From NCBI GenBank assembly GCA_001643675.2, contig LSRY02000018.1:496001-560000 (forward strand): a DNA stretch of 64,000 nucleotides, in the 5' to 3' direction. Numbering within the stretch: the stretch's first letter is position 1; each line of letters opens with the position of its first letter. The position numbers were made by a program, and so were the translations under genes. This DNA comes from Monocercomonoides exilis PA203. Its lineage: Eukaryota; Protista; Preaxostyla. Positions 35,005 through 46,090 of the stretch are shown in pieces. Below the pieces are notes generated by a model. That model made no database searches and was not told the DNA's origin. It saw only the letters and a list, made by a program, of their open reading frames with translations.

Positions 35005-37566
35005 GTGAATGTGAGAAAGTTCCACTGGAAAGGAAAAGAGAAAATCATTGGACAACTGAAGTTTTTCTTCTTCAAACATCATCGTTCTTTTTCTCATGGG
35101 ATCTTCATCAACTCCATCAACTTGGCAAGAAAAGTATCAAATACCTCTTTTTCTTCATCTTCAACAGCATGCAGAAAACAACAAGAACCATTCAATCATC
35201 CATCATTGCCCTTTGGATACCCTCCATTTTACCCATTTCTTTTCCCTCCTCAGTTTTTGCCTTCACCTCAGCAGCAACAGCAGACACAGCAAAATGAATC
35301 GAAGAAAACACAGAAATCTCCTAACGCTGAAGAAAAAGAAGAAGGAGAAGAAGGAGAAGAAGGAATGAATTCGCTGAATGGAAAAGGAAGAGCCACATGT
35401 GATTTGTTGGGGCAAGAGCACATTTCGAAGCAGCAGAAGAATCCAAAAGATAGGAAAGTTGACAATTCCAAAAATGATGGGACGAAACAGACAAGAAGGG
35501 AAGGCAACATCGAAGATGAATTGGTTGCTGAGCTGAATGATGACACAACAGAAGAAGATGAAGAAGGCGAAGGAGAAGAGGAAGTTGATGACTCAGAGGA
35601 AGAAGAAGATGATGATGGGGTTGGAGAAGAGAGAGAGATTGATAAGTTTTTTCCCTGTGAAAATGAGGAAGAAATTCAAAATGAAAATGAAAATGAAATG
35701 CAATATGAGACATCAGAAAACAAGGAAGAATTTCGAGGGGAAGATGAAACAGACAGAACAAAAGAAGAAGAAAAAAAAGAAGAATTCCAAGAGGGAAAAC
35801 AAAAGTCAGTTGATAAGAAGACATTTGTGTTTGGGTTTGACAGCCAATTGAGAGAAAGGATGGCATTTGAGGACAGACTGGAAGAGGAAAGAAGATGGAA
35901 AGAGGAGAAAGAAAGGCTGGATGAGGCAGGCACGAGTGAAGCAACAGACTTTTCACAGAAACAACAGAAACAGGGAGATTTCGATGAAAAGAGGCAGATT
36001 CCACAACATTCCAACATATTTGAATCCAGAAAGAGGCAAAAAGCACCTGGAGACAGAGCCTTTGGCAGAAACTCTGTGTTCTTGACCTCGTATTCGCGAC
36101 TTGCCTCAGCTTCGTCTGGCCTTGCCATTCCATCAGCATCTGAGAATGGCAGAGGAAAAGAAGGAAAAGAAGGGAGAAGAACATATATTCAGGTCAGTGA
36201 GGATGATATCAATCATTTTTCATCATCATCAGTTTCTTCTTCTTCTTCTTCTCTCCAATCTCCCCATCTGCACAAGACACACTCCTCTCCTCGCTCTTCG
36301 TTGCATTCAGTTGAAGACCCAGTTTTGTCGATGACACTACCTTCGCATTCAGGAAGCGAGCTTCTTCGGATGAAAGAGAAGCAGCAACAAACAACTGACT
36401 CTTCCTCCACTTCCTCTTCTCCCTCCTCTTCTTCTTTCAACAGCTCTTCCATTTCGCCTCTCGAAGATGATGCATTTTTCAGAGCAGTCAAGCATCATTC
36501 TCCTCCGGCTGATCTTTTCTTTTGCTCGCAAAGAGAGAAAGAGAGCACTTCATCATCATCATCACTTCCTTCTTCTTCTACTTCTTTGGAACATCCACAG
36601 CTTCCTCAGAGATCAGCCCAATTCATTTCATCGGGTGTTGCACTTGATCCTTCTGCACATCCAAACATGTTTGCATCTTCTCCCATTGCTTCGCTGCTGT
36701 CCTCCTCGATTAAAACACAGCAAAAAGCCAATCTTTTTCAAGAAGACGACATTTCGACATTTCTTGCAGATGTCCTTCCATCCAGATCGAATGCTGTTGG
36801 CTCGACTGATATTTCTGATGGAGTGAGCACACCTTCTTCTTCTGCCAAAGATGACAACAATCCATCATCATCATCATCTTCCTTTTCTTCCTCTTCCTCT
36901 TCCTCTGAGAATATGCATCCGTTCATTCAGTACAGCCAAAGCACAGCTGAGCAGAGTGTTGCACAGGCACAGCAGACAGATGTGTTGGAAGACGGATGGA
37001 TGCCTCTGAGCGAAAGTGCTGTGACTGGCATGGAGAAAGAGAGAATGAATGGTGTTTCACATGAAACTGATGAAAAGGAAGAAGAAGAAGGTGATGATGA
37101 TGATATTGTGTATGAGCATGCACTTGGCAGCTCTGTGGAGTTTTGTGGCTCTTCATCGCTGGTAGCACCAGGAGCCTATTTTGGCTCGCCTCTGAAAACA
37201 CAATCGGCTTCAGGGACGAGTTCAGCGATGAGGAAGCACACAGGATGGAATGGGAAAGGAGGGGTGGGTGGGGACTGGGAAAGGGCAGAGACAAAAGGGG
37301 AGAAAGATTTTTTGCTGATTTCAGGAAAGGCGAGGTTCAAAAACTCGACGAGGATTGGGAGGGAAAGAGAGAAAGAGCAAATGAATTTGAGCAGCCGAAA
37401 GAGGAACACGAAAACCAAAAGCAAAGAAAGAAGCATCAACAAAAAGACAAGATCTCCTTCACAGACAAAACAGGTTATTCTTTTGTTGATTTCTTTCTTT
37501 CTTTCTTTCTCTCTCTCTCTCAATTTTCTTTTTCTTTTTCATTTTTTTTTGAACATTTGCTTTTGA
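35005..37566 (+). CDS. Hypothetical low-complexity (E-rich, S-rich) protein, probably the main exon of a spliced gene
   Basis: 853-aa ORF; the 3' end runs into intron-like T-rich sequence from ~37474. No domain recognised. Confidence 0.5.
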   Translation: MNVRKFHWKGKEKIIGQLKFFFFKHHRSFSHGIFINSINLARKVSNTSFSSSSTACRKQQEPFNHPSLPFGYPPFYPFLFPPQFLPSPQQQQQTQQNESKKTQKSPNAEEKEEGEEGEEGMNSLNGKGRATCDLLGQEHISKQQKNPKDRKVDNSKNDGTKQTRREGNIEDELVAELNDDTTEEDEEGEGEEEVDDSEEEEDDDGVGEEREIDKFFPCENEEEIQNENENEMQYETSENKEEFRGEDETDRTKEEEKKEEFQEGKQKSVDKKTFVFGFDSQLRERMAFEDRLEEERRWKEEKERLDEAGTSEATDFSQKQQKQGDFDEKRQIPQHSNIFESRKRQKAPGDRAFGRNSVFLTSYSRLASASSGLAIPSASENGRGKEGKEGRRTYIQVSEDDINHFSSSSVSSSSSSLQSPHLHKTHSSPRSSLHSVEDPVLSMTLPSHSGSELLRMKEKQQQTTDSSSTSSSPSSSSFNSSSISPLEDDAFFRAVKHHSPPADLFFCSQREKESTSSSSSLPSSSTSLEHPQLPQRSAQFISSGVALDPSAHPNMFASSPIASLLSSSIKTQQKANLFQEDDISTFLADVLPSRSNAVGSTDISDGVSTPSSSAKDDNNPSSSSSSFSSSSSSSENMHPFIQYSQSTAEQSVAQAQQTDVLEDGWMPLSESAVTGMEKERMNGVSHETDEKEEEEGDDDDIVYEHALGSSVEFCGSSSLVAPGAYFGSPLKTQSASGTSSAMRKHTGWNGKGGVGGDWERAETKGEKDFLLISGKARFKNSTRIGREREKEQMNLSSRKRNTKTKSKERSINKKTRSPSQTKQVILLLISFFLSFSLSLNFLFLFHFFLNICF

Positions 37567-39225
37567 ATTACAATTTTGAATGTGTTGAAATGTGCATTTG
37601 TTTGTATAATTCCATTCATTTATCAAATTGTTTTCAAATTCCATGTTGTGCTTATTCTTTTGTGTGTTTTGTGCTCATTTGAAAGCAGAAGCAGTCTGTC
37701 TTGTCGGGTGCCTCTTTGGCGAGTGAAAAAGAGAAGCAAGAGCGCAAAATGGCGATTCTGCAGAAGATCTTGCAGCGAGCTTCTGAAGAGCAGGAAGACA
37801 ACGAGAGATAGCCACTCAGCTTGAACTGTTCACAATTGGGTGTTCATGAAAGGGTTTTTGAAGCGATTAATTTGTCTGTCTGTTTGCTTTGTTTTTCAGT
37901 TGCCAAGCGATTTCCAACATTGTTTGATGAAAGAATTGGATTCAACAAAACAACTGCAACACTCAAGCAAAGTCAGTTCATTTCTTTGATTTCTTTTCTT
38001 CTTTCTTCTTTCTTCGTTCGTCTTTTTCTTTTTCTTTTTTTCCCAAAACTGTCACTTCAATTGACTCTTTCCCCTCAAAATTCAGTTCGTTCTCAATCGC
38101 ATCTTCTGATCCTCTTTGTTCAAGTCTTGTTGTGAGAAATATCCAAGTCAATTGTTTTGTTGGGATGCAGATGGGATATTATGAATGAAAGTCTTTTGAT
38201 GTTGATATGTCATCAAAGAATCGATTTTCCATTTCATTTTCAAAGACCATTTTTGAAATGTGAAAAATCAATGTTCTCAGTGAAATCAATGAAGTCAAAA
38301 AAACAAACATTGCATCCATCACTTCCACTGGACAAGAACAAATCCTTTTTGTCCATTTCATTTTTTTTAGTAAACTTCCAAATGACCAGAAACAATAATT
38401 GAAATCATCATTCATTTTTAGAACTTTCACAAAACCCATTCAGTTGATTTTCTTTCCTTTTTCTTTTTCAATCACCTTTTTTGTATGTGTCATTTCAAAT
38501 AAGTTTTTGTGAAAATCCTTGCAATTCTAGTGACTTGATTGTTTTCTGTGCTTCAAAACTTTTGCATTATCTTCGAACAAGTGCTTCCTCTTCGATTTTT
38601 TCAATTTTTGTTTTTCTTTATGAATAATAGAAAACAATCGTTTCATTTTTTTTTCCCTTTTCTTTTCTTTGTTGGAATGTTCACAAAGACTTGTTGATAC
38701 CGAAAAAAACATTTTATTCCATATCCATTGAGAAAGGCAAACTCACCAACGAAGTTAAATGTCATGATCTTTGTCGAAGAATCTGTTGAGCATTCTTATC
38801 ATTCTTTGAATTTCAAACCAATGATTCAATAGAAGTTCAAACGAAACAATCTTCGCATTCAATGACAATGAATTGTTTTTCGTGAAATTATATAAATCAT
38901 CAAGATAAGAATATTGGTGGAAAAATATTCAACAGAACTACTTAAACTGAAATTTTCTCCTTTTCAAAAAAAATATGGTTTGAAACAAAATACCCATAAC
39001 AAAAATTGTTTGTTCTCGATTCAAAATCAGTCGTTTTTTTCAATATGGCAACAACATGTGACTATTTGTTATTTCTTTCTCTTTTCATATTTATTGCTTT
39101 ATTTGCGACATATTTTTCATTCGTTGAACGATGGGAAATGTTCTCATCACCAAAAAAATGTGTTTCCTTTTCGAAGACAATCACCACGTCCTTCACCTTT
39201 TCCCCCAGTTCAGCGTGTTGCTTTG

Positions 39226-40460
39226 ATGGGATGGGACAAGGAAATCGAGGAAACTTCGCGTGAATTGTGCAAAACATTTGAGGAAATGCATTTGAAGGAT
39301 GAATTACTTCGTGGAGTTTATTCATATGGCTTTGAGACTCCATCACTTATTCAGCAAAAAGGAATCTTGCCAATTGTTAGAGGGCGTGATCTTCTTGCTC
39401 AAGCTCAGTCTGGAACAGGAAAAACAGCCACTTTTTCAATTGCTTGCTTGCAGAAAGTGGATCCATCTTATCGCTTCACACAAGCTTTGATTCTTTCTCC
39501 CACTCGCGAACTTGCAATGCAGTCACACAATGTTTGCATTTTTTTTAAAGCATTTAATGATGTTTACGATTTTTTTTTTAGGTTATTTCAAAAATGGCAA
39601 AATTTTTGAAGGGCCTCAACATTCTCAGAGTTGTTAGTGGAGAAGCTATCAGCGAAACTGCACGTAAAGTTGCTGAAGCACCACAACATATAATTGTTGG
39701 AACGCCAGGGAGAGTGGCTCATTTAATTCGTTCTGAAATTATTGATGTTTCTCATCTGAGAATCTTTGTGCTTGATGAAGCAGATGAAATGCTTTCTCAA
39801 GGATTTAAGGATCAGGTTGTTGAAATCAACTCAAATTTGCCGAAGAATGCACAAACAGTTCTTTTGAGTGCAACAATGCCCCAAGAAATCATTGAGATTA
39901 CACGCCAGATTCTGAACGATCCTGTTCAAATTTTGGTTCCTCGCGATGAGCTCACACTTGACGGGCTGCGCCAATTCTATGTGGTTGTTGAAAAAGAAGA
40001 ATACAAGAAAGAAGCACTGTTCGACCTTTACGATTTGATCCAGCCTGCGCAATGTGTCATCTTCTGCAAATCCAGATGGAAAGTGAACTATTTCACAAAA
40101 GATATTCGGAGAAGAGGCATTAATGCTTGCTCGATTCATAAAGGAATGAATTATGAAGACAGAGATCACAATATGCAAGATTTCAGAGATGGGAAAAACA
40201 GAGTGCTCGTAACAACTGATGAGTTCGCACGTTGCATTGACGTTCAGCAGATTTCGCTTGTTGTGAACTATGACTTGCCAATGGAGAAAGAGTCGTATAT
40301 TTACAGAATTGGCAGATCAGCCCGTTTTGGAAAAAAAGGAATAGCCATCAATCTTGTCACAGAAGAAGATGGACAGATGCTGAAAGACATTCAGGAATTC
40401 TATGGAATAAAGATTGAAGAAATGCCACCAAGTATCAAAGAACTGCTGCAGCTGAAATAA
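39226..40460 (+). CDS. eIF4A: eIF4A-like DEAD-box RNA helicase (divergent paralog)
   Basis: Q motif [48 protein letters not shown]. Intron 39532-39581 joins the two ORFs in frame. Start codon uncertain. Confidence 0.88.
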
Positions 40461-41467
40461 AAGAGAAAATAATGAGAGAAAGAAGGAAAGGGAAATCTGA
40501 ACTTCATGAAAGAAAAAAAAATGAGAAAAGAAAAAAGATGAAGAAATGATGAAGATGAGAATGAATAAAAGACAAATAAGCAAATAAAAAAGATAGAAGA
40601 GAGAAAAATCACATGAAGAAAAGATGAAGAATTGTTGAGGAAATTGTTTTGTTTGCTTGACACTTGTTGGAGATTGGATGAATTCTTCTTTCAAATTGGT
40701 CAAAATGGAAAATAATCATCTGAAAAGAAAAAGAAAGAAATAAAAACCATCAGAGCCCTTTCTTTTCCTTCTCATACTTCATTCTTCAACACAACTTTCA
40801 AAAGACAAGAATCACAAACTGGAAATGGGTTTGTGGAAGAAAAACTTTCGTCAATACAAAGATAGCATTCACAAATGCCAATCAGCAACTTTTCATTCTC
40901 ATCTTCGGTTTTCAAACAACTTCCTCATTAGTTGCCATCATTTCAATTCTTGATGTCAATTAAGAAGATGAATGGTAAAAGTTTTGAAGATTGTTCAACA
41001 TATTGCGTTATCAAAAGTTTTTCAACAGTTGTTTCTCATTTTCAAGAGTGATTTTCACACCTCACCTGTTTTTATCTTTTTCATTTCAGAATATCCAATT
41101 TTTTTGGTTTTTATTTGATGGCAGGACAATATTTCTTCTTTGAAAATACGAATGTTTCTAAAACATAAAATGCTTTCTTGTTCTTTTTTCAAAAGCATGA
41201 GTCATTTCCAAAGATAAGCATCCGATAAAGCATTTTCAATATTTCATTCATAAATGTGAATACTCTTCAAACAGAGGTGGAAAGTGATGGAATTCCAATG
41301 AAAAGAAATAAAAAACATGAAAGCAACCAATAAAGAAAAATTCAATGAATAAGAAAAAATATAACTGAACTTCTCCTAAATGTTTCTCTTTCTCTCTCTT
41401 TCCCTCTCTTTTCTGCTGTTCCCATCTTTCAACACAGTTTCGGCAAATGTGCTCATCCGATGCAACT

Positions 41468-43249
41468 CTACATGAACCTCTTGATCATTTTCAGCTTCGC
41501 CTCTGTGTATGGCGGGTATCTTGCCCCAACATCCAGCGACACCGACTTGTCCAGCAGCGCCTTCATGTGCGAAAACGTGTCGAACGAGAACTTCCCGTGG
41601 TACATCCCCATCCCGCTCTCCCCAACGCCTCCAAACGGAAGGCTCGGGATCTGCAGCTGCAGCACACACTCGTTGATCGCCATCGACCCCGACGAGATGT
41701 GCGACGCAACAAAGCTCTTCGTCTCGCTGTCGCTCGTAAACAGATAGCACGACAGCGGCTTGTCTCTGCCCAGCACAAAGTCCACACACCGGCTGGCAAA
41801 CCCGGCCGACGGAAGCGGAACAATCGGAAGAATCGGCCCGAATATCTCCTCCTTCATGAAGCGCGACGTGGTGTTCGGCGCACACAGAATCAGCGTCGGC
41901 TCAATAAACAGATCGTCCGCATCTGAGCGCCCTCCAAACAGGATGCGGTGCCCGCCGTTTTGAGTCGGCCTCAGATTGGCTGGGAGCGAGGTGTATGTCA
42001 CAAGGCCAGTCAGAGAAGAGGAAGATGCTGAGGAAGAGGATGGGCTTGTGGATGAAGAAGAGGATGAAGAAGAGGATGAAGAAGAGGATGAAGAAGAGGA
42101 TGAAGAATCTCTGGAAGCGTCCTTTTCAGCATCTGTTTCTGTATCGTTCTTCAAAATACCAGTTAGGCGGTCAAACTGCCTTTGTGCCACAATTCTCACA
42201 TAATCTTCAGACTTTTGAGCGTCTGATCCGTAAAACTCCACAATCGTCTTCTTTATCTTTTCCACGAGATCTGCAACAATATTTTCCTCGCACAACACAT
42301 AATCAGGCGCAACGCATGTCTGTCCGCTGTTCATGTACTTCCCCATCACCAGCCGCTTTGCAGTGACATTAAGGTCAGCTGTGTGGTCGATGATAACAGG
42401 GGATTTCCCGCCGAGTTCAAGGACAACAGGGCAGAGCCAATTCGAGGCCATGTTGTACACGTGCTTTCCAACGGATCCGCTTCCAGTGAAAAAGATGATA
42501 TCCCACTTAAGAGCAAGAAGAGCATCAGAAACATCATGTGAACCTTCAACAACAACGTAGCTCGAATTATCCAAATATCGACCAATTAAAGTTGCCATTG
42601 CATGTGAGGTACGGCATGTTATGCTACTTGGTTTTATGCATGCGCAACAACCAGCAGCAATCGCTCCAATTAATGGTTGTAGTGAAAGAGAAAATGGATA
42701 ATTCCACGGAGACATGATCAAAGCGCAGCCAAGGGGTTCGGGATAGATGGAAGAAGTTGAAAATCCTTTCATTTGAACGAGAGGAGTGGAAACTTTCTGA
42801 GGGCTCATCCAAGATTTTAAATGATTTATTGCTTCACTAATATCAGCTTTAACCATACCAAATTCCGTCATATACGCACTTGCGAAATTCTTATGTAAAT
42901 CTGCATAAAGGGCATCAAATATAAGATTTTCATTTTCATCCAACATTCTTTGTAAAGCCTTGAGCTGAGTAATTCTGTATTTGAATGTTTTCGTTGCATG
43001 ACTTCTGAAAGAGTTGACAAGCCTCTGATGAATTTGTGGGATATTTGAGGCAGGAATGTAATGCTGTTTTGAAGCTTCAATATCTTCGATTCTTTGCTGT
43101 GCACGCGATTTTTTTTCAGTGCCAGCCATCTGACTAGAAGACGATGAATCTTCAGCTTTCTTTTCACCTAGTGTTTCTCCAGTTAATTTTGAGTCATTTT
43201 GCTTTTCGGTCTTTTCTTGAATTGGTGCAACTTGCTCAGTGGAATCCAT
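41468..43249 (-). CDS. ALDH3: Aldehyde dehydrogenase, ALDH3/fatty-aldehyde type
   Basis: EPLG..LIMSPWNYP, FTGS, LELGGKSP (catalytic Glu), GQTCVAPDY (catalytic Cys), EEIFGPILP, PFGGVGESGMG.YHGKFSFDTFSH. Likely start MDSTEQ. Confidence 0.92.
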   Translation of the reverse strand: MDSTEQVAPIQEKTEKQNDSKLTGETLGEKKAEDSSSSSQMAGTEKKSRAQQRIEDIEASKQHYIPASNIPQIHQRLVNSFRSHATKTFKYRITQLKALQRMLDENENLIFDALYADLHKNFASAYMTEFGMVKADISEAINHLKSWMSPQKVSTPLVQMKGFSTSSIYPEPLGCALIMSPWNYPFSLSLQPLIGAIAAGCCACIKPSSITCRTSHAMATLIGRYLDNSSYVVVEGSHDVSDALLALKWDIIFFTGSGSVGKHVYNMASNWLCPVVLELGGKSPVIIDHTADLNVTAKRLVMGKYMNSGQTCVAPDYVLCEENIVADLVEKIKKTIVEFYGSDAQKSEDYVRIVAQRQFDRLTGILKNDTETDAEKDASRDSSSSSSSSSSSSSSSSSSSTSPSSSSASSSSLTGLVTYTSLPANLRPTQNGGHRILFGGRSDADDLFIEPTLILCAPNTTSRFMKEEIFGPILPIVPLPSAGFASRCVDFVLGRDKPLSCYLFTSDSETKSFVASHISSGSMAINECVLQLQIPSLPFGGVGESGMGMYHGKFSFDTFSHMKALLDKSVSLDVGARYPPYTEAKLKMIKRFM

Positions 43250-43591
43250 TTGATATATTGATCTAACCATTATAAAATTCATGAACGGAGAAATAATCAA
43301 TACTGCAATTAGAAAAGAAATCCAATGAAAAGAAAGCGGAATGAAAGATAAAATATAATTTGATTTTATACAAGTTTGAAACACTTTAAATATTTTCAAA
43401 TTCGCTGAATTTAAGTGCATTGTAACATTCAAATGAAAATTGAAATGGAAATGAGCTAAATGAATAAAGTTTTAAAATGAAACAGAAAAAAAGCTTACAA
43501 GAAGCATCAATAGAAGGATGACCGATGTAGAATTTATTAGCTTATGCCTCTTCACAATTCCAACTCTCTTTCAATCTTCCTTCCCTCTTCC

Positions 43592-45203
43592 TCATTCGCT
43601 TGAGTCTGTGATCCCCTCGCTTGAGATGGTGAATGTGCACTCAGACTCAGGAAGTAGCGGGCTGTCGTATATTTTGCACACTCGCTGTTCTCCTTTTCCT
43701 TTCCGCAGAAACAGCCGTGTTGTCGATGCATGCGCCATGATGTGTCCTCCAATCGGTTTCTTTGGATCTGCTCGTTCAAAGCATGAATGGATTAAATTAT
43801 GAAATTGCAAAAATTGAAGCACAAATGAATAGGCAATAAGAATAACATCAACAACAATTATTCCTGACAAAGAATAAAAAATGTTTTTGGTTTTATTTTA
43901 TTTTTTTTATTTTTTCAATGCACTCCATCACACAAGTCAAACACACCTGCTTGGAACATTGCAGCAGCGCCTGGGTCAGCCACAACCTGGTTCGTCACAA
44001 GCACAGCCACCCCAAACTCCTCCGCAATCTTCATCAGCATCGACATCAGCTTTCCCAGCCGCTGCTGCCTGTCAGCCAGCTCACCCCTCCCGCTGAAGTC
44101 CACCCGGAACAGCGCTGTCACGCTGTCCACAATCACCAATCTGAACTGGTCCTCTGCCATCTTCGCACACACCTGTGTCAGAAGCCCCGTCTGCTGCTCG
44201 TGTGTGTATGCCCTCGCAAAGATGATGTTGTCCAGCACTGCCCCTGGGTCCAGTCCATACCGCACGGCAATCGGATCAATCCGCTCCGGACGGAATGTTC
44301 CTTCAGTGTCGATGTATGCCACCTTGCCATTTCCTCCCCCTGCCTCCAGAGGCAGCTGGCACGTCACACACAGCGTGTGCGCCAGCTGTGTTTTCCCTGT
44401 GCGGAACTCTCCAAACACCTCTGTGATGCTCATCGTCTCCAGCCCTCCGCCCAGCAGCGTGTCCAGCTCTTTCGAGCCTGTTGTAATCTTTACCACATCC
44501 TTTCGTTTCAGCAGATACTCGCTCCCTGTGATGAACCCATTGAAAACCACTTTCTGCACTGCCTCCAAGATTTTGTCCAGCTTTCCTTCAGAAATCCCCT
44601 TCACTTGTAGCAAATCCTGTTTGAGTACATTTTTGTACAATTCAGTTCAAAGCAAATGTGAATAGCATTCAGATAAATGAATATTTTTTAAAAAGGCCAT
44701 TCAATTCGAGCGTCAACTGAACACTTGTTTTTTCAAACTTTTTTTGTTCGCATTTGAAGGCTCTGCACGGTGAAGCATCCCGCCTCCTTCAGCTTTTTCA
44801 CATCTCCTGCGTTTATGCCAAGTTCCACAAGCTATTGTTTCCGATTCATCCCACGTTTCGCGTTCCAAGAGAAAGAAATCAATTATCAGATAGATATGGT
44901 GGAAAAATTAAGCAATACAGAGATTAGAACCCACAACAATTTCGACATAATACAGAAAAAGAAGAAATTTTAATGCAAAAAAAAAACTCATATCTGAAAA
45001 ACAAAAATGGAAAAAATTCTCATAAAATGGTAAAAAGGAATTGCAAATGCATTTTTGTAAACGAGACCAAATAAAGAAGCTTTACTTACAAATAAGTCCA
45101 TCACAATTCACCAGATTTTTCACACCTTGTCAATTTCCATAAAACTCTGAATATCAGCAGAAGCCTCTTCGACCATTTCTTCTTCCATTTGCTCTGTACT
45201 CAT
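43592..45203 (-). CDS. DMC1: Meiosis-specific recombinase DMC1 (4 exons, 338 aa)
   Basis: Exons 45203-45126, 44831-44739, 44616-43947 and 43767-43592 total 1017 nt in frame. GEFRTGKT plus DMC1-type [16 protein letters not shown] and [14 protein letters not shown]. Confidence 0.93.
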
Positions 45204-45393
45204 TGTGTATTCTTTTTTGCTTTGCTATTCCTTTCTCTTGAACTTCCGGCATTCTTTTGAACATTTGAGAATTATTATGGCTCGAAAAAAAAACATAAAA
45301 CTCCAAATAAATAATCTGATTTCCACTCATAAAAAATACTTACAAATATAAATGCGGAGTTAGCTTTAATTATGTATGTTTTTGAATACATAC

Positions 45394-45434
<41 letters not shown>

Positions 45435-46090
45435 ATAATCAAAAGTTCTGATTTCAAAATAGTGTATTTATTTTACAATGCATTTATTAAATGAGAAAAT
45501 GACAGTTTTCCACTTTCATTTGAATATCAAAAAATATTCCAAATAACTTTTTCGTGTGAAATTCAGTTTTGTGAAATTTTTGTACACTTAAGAAAAAAAG
45601 ATACTGCATTTGATCCATTTCCAACCATTATGATTTTGATTTCCATCAATTTCTTTTTAAATTTCCTTTTGAAAATTTGAATTAAGGAGGGTTATAATTA
45701 ATGAAATCTTTTTCATTCATTCAAAACTTTCATGTCTATTTCATTTGAAAATAAACGTCAATTATCATTAAAAAGTTATATATCGACGATAAACCTTCTT
45801 GGTTTTATTTTCCTCAATTTTAGAATATCCATAACATTTATAATGAATTTATTGTTTCAACAATAATTATCTTGCATTTGACTATTTCGTTTTTTCATTC
45901 AACACAACAAAAAACATTATGATATCAAATATAATTACACATATATTTTGAGCAAATCATCAACTATTTAAAGACGAATTTTTTACAAAATATTGAAATG
46001 AAAAGTGTTCTGAAAGATTTGTTCTTCTTTTCATTTTTGTAGGTCAAAAATCATTTACATTACACACGAATCAATAGTAAAAATTTGCTC

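Noticed and set aside
43918-44665. Plus-strand ORFs over DMC1 (and similar ones over ALDH)
   Set aside because: Antisense shadows of GC-rich coding sequence.
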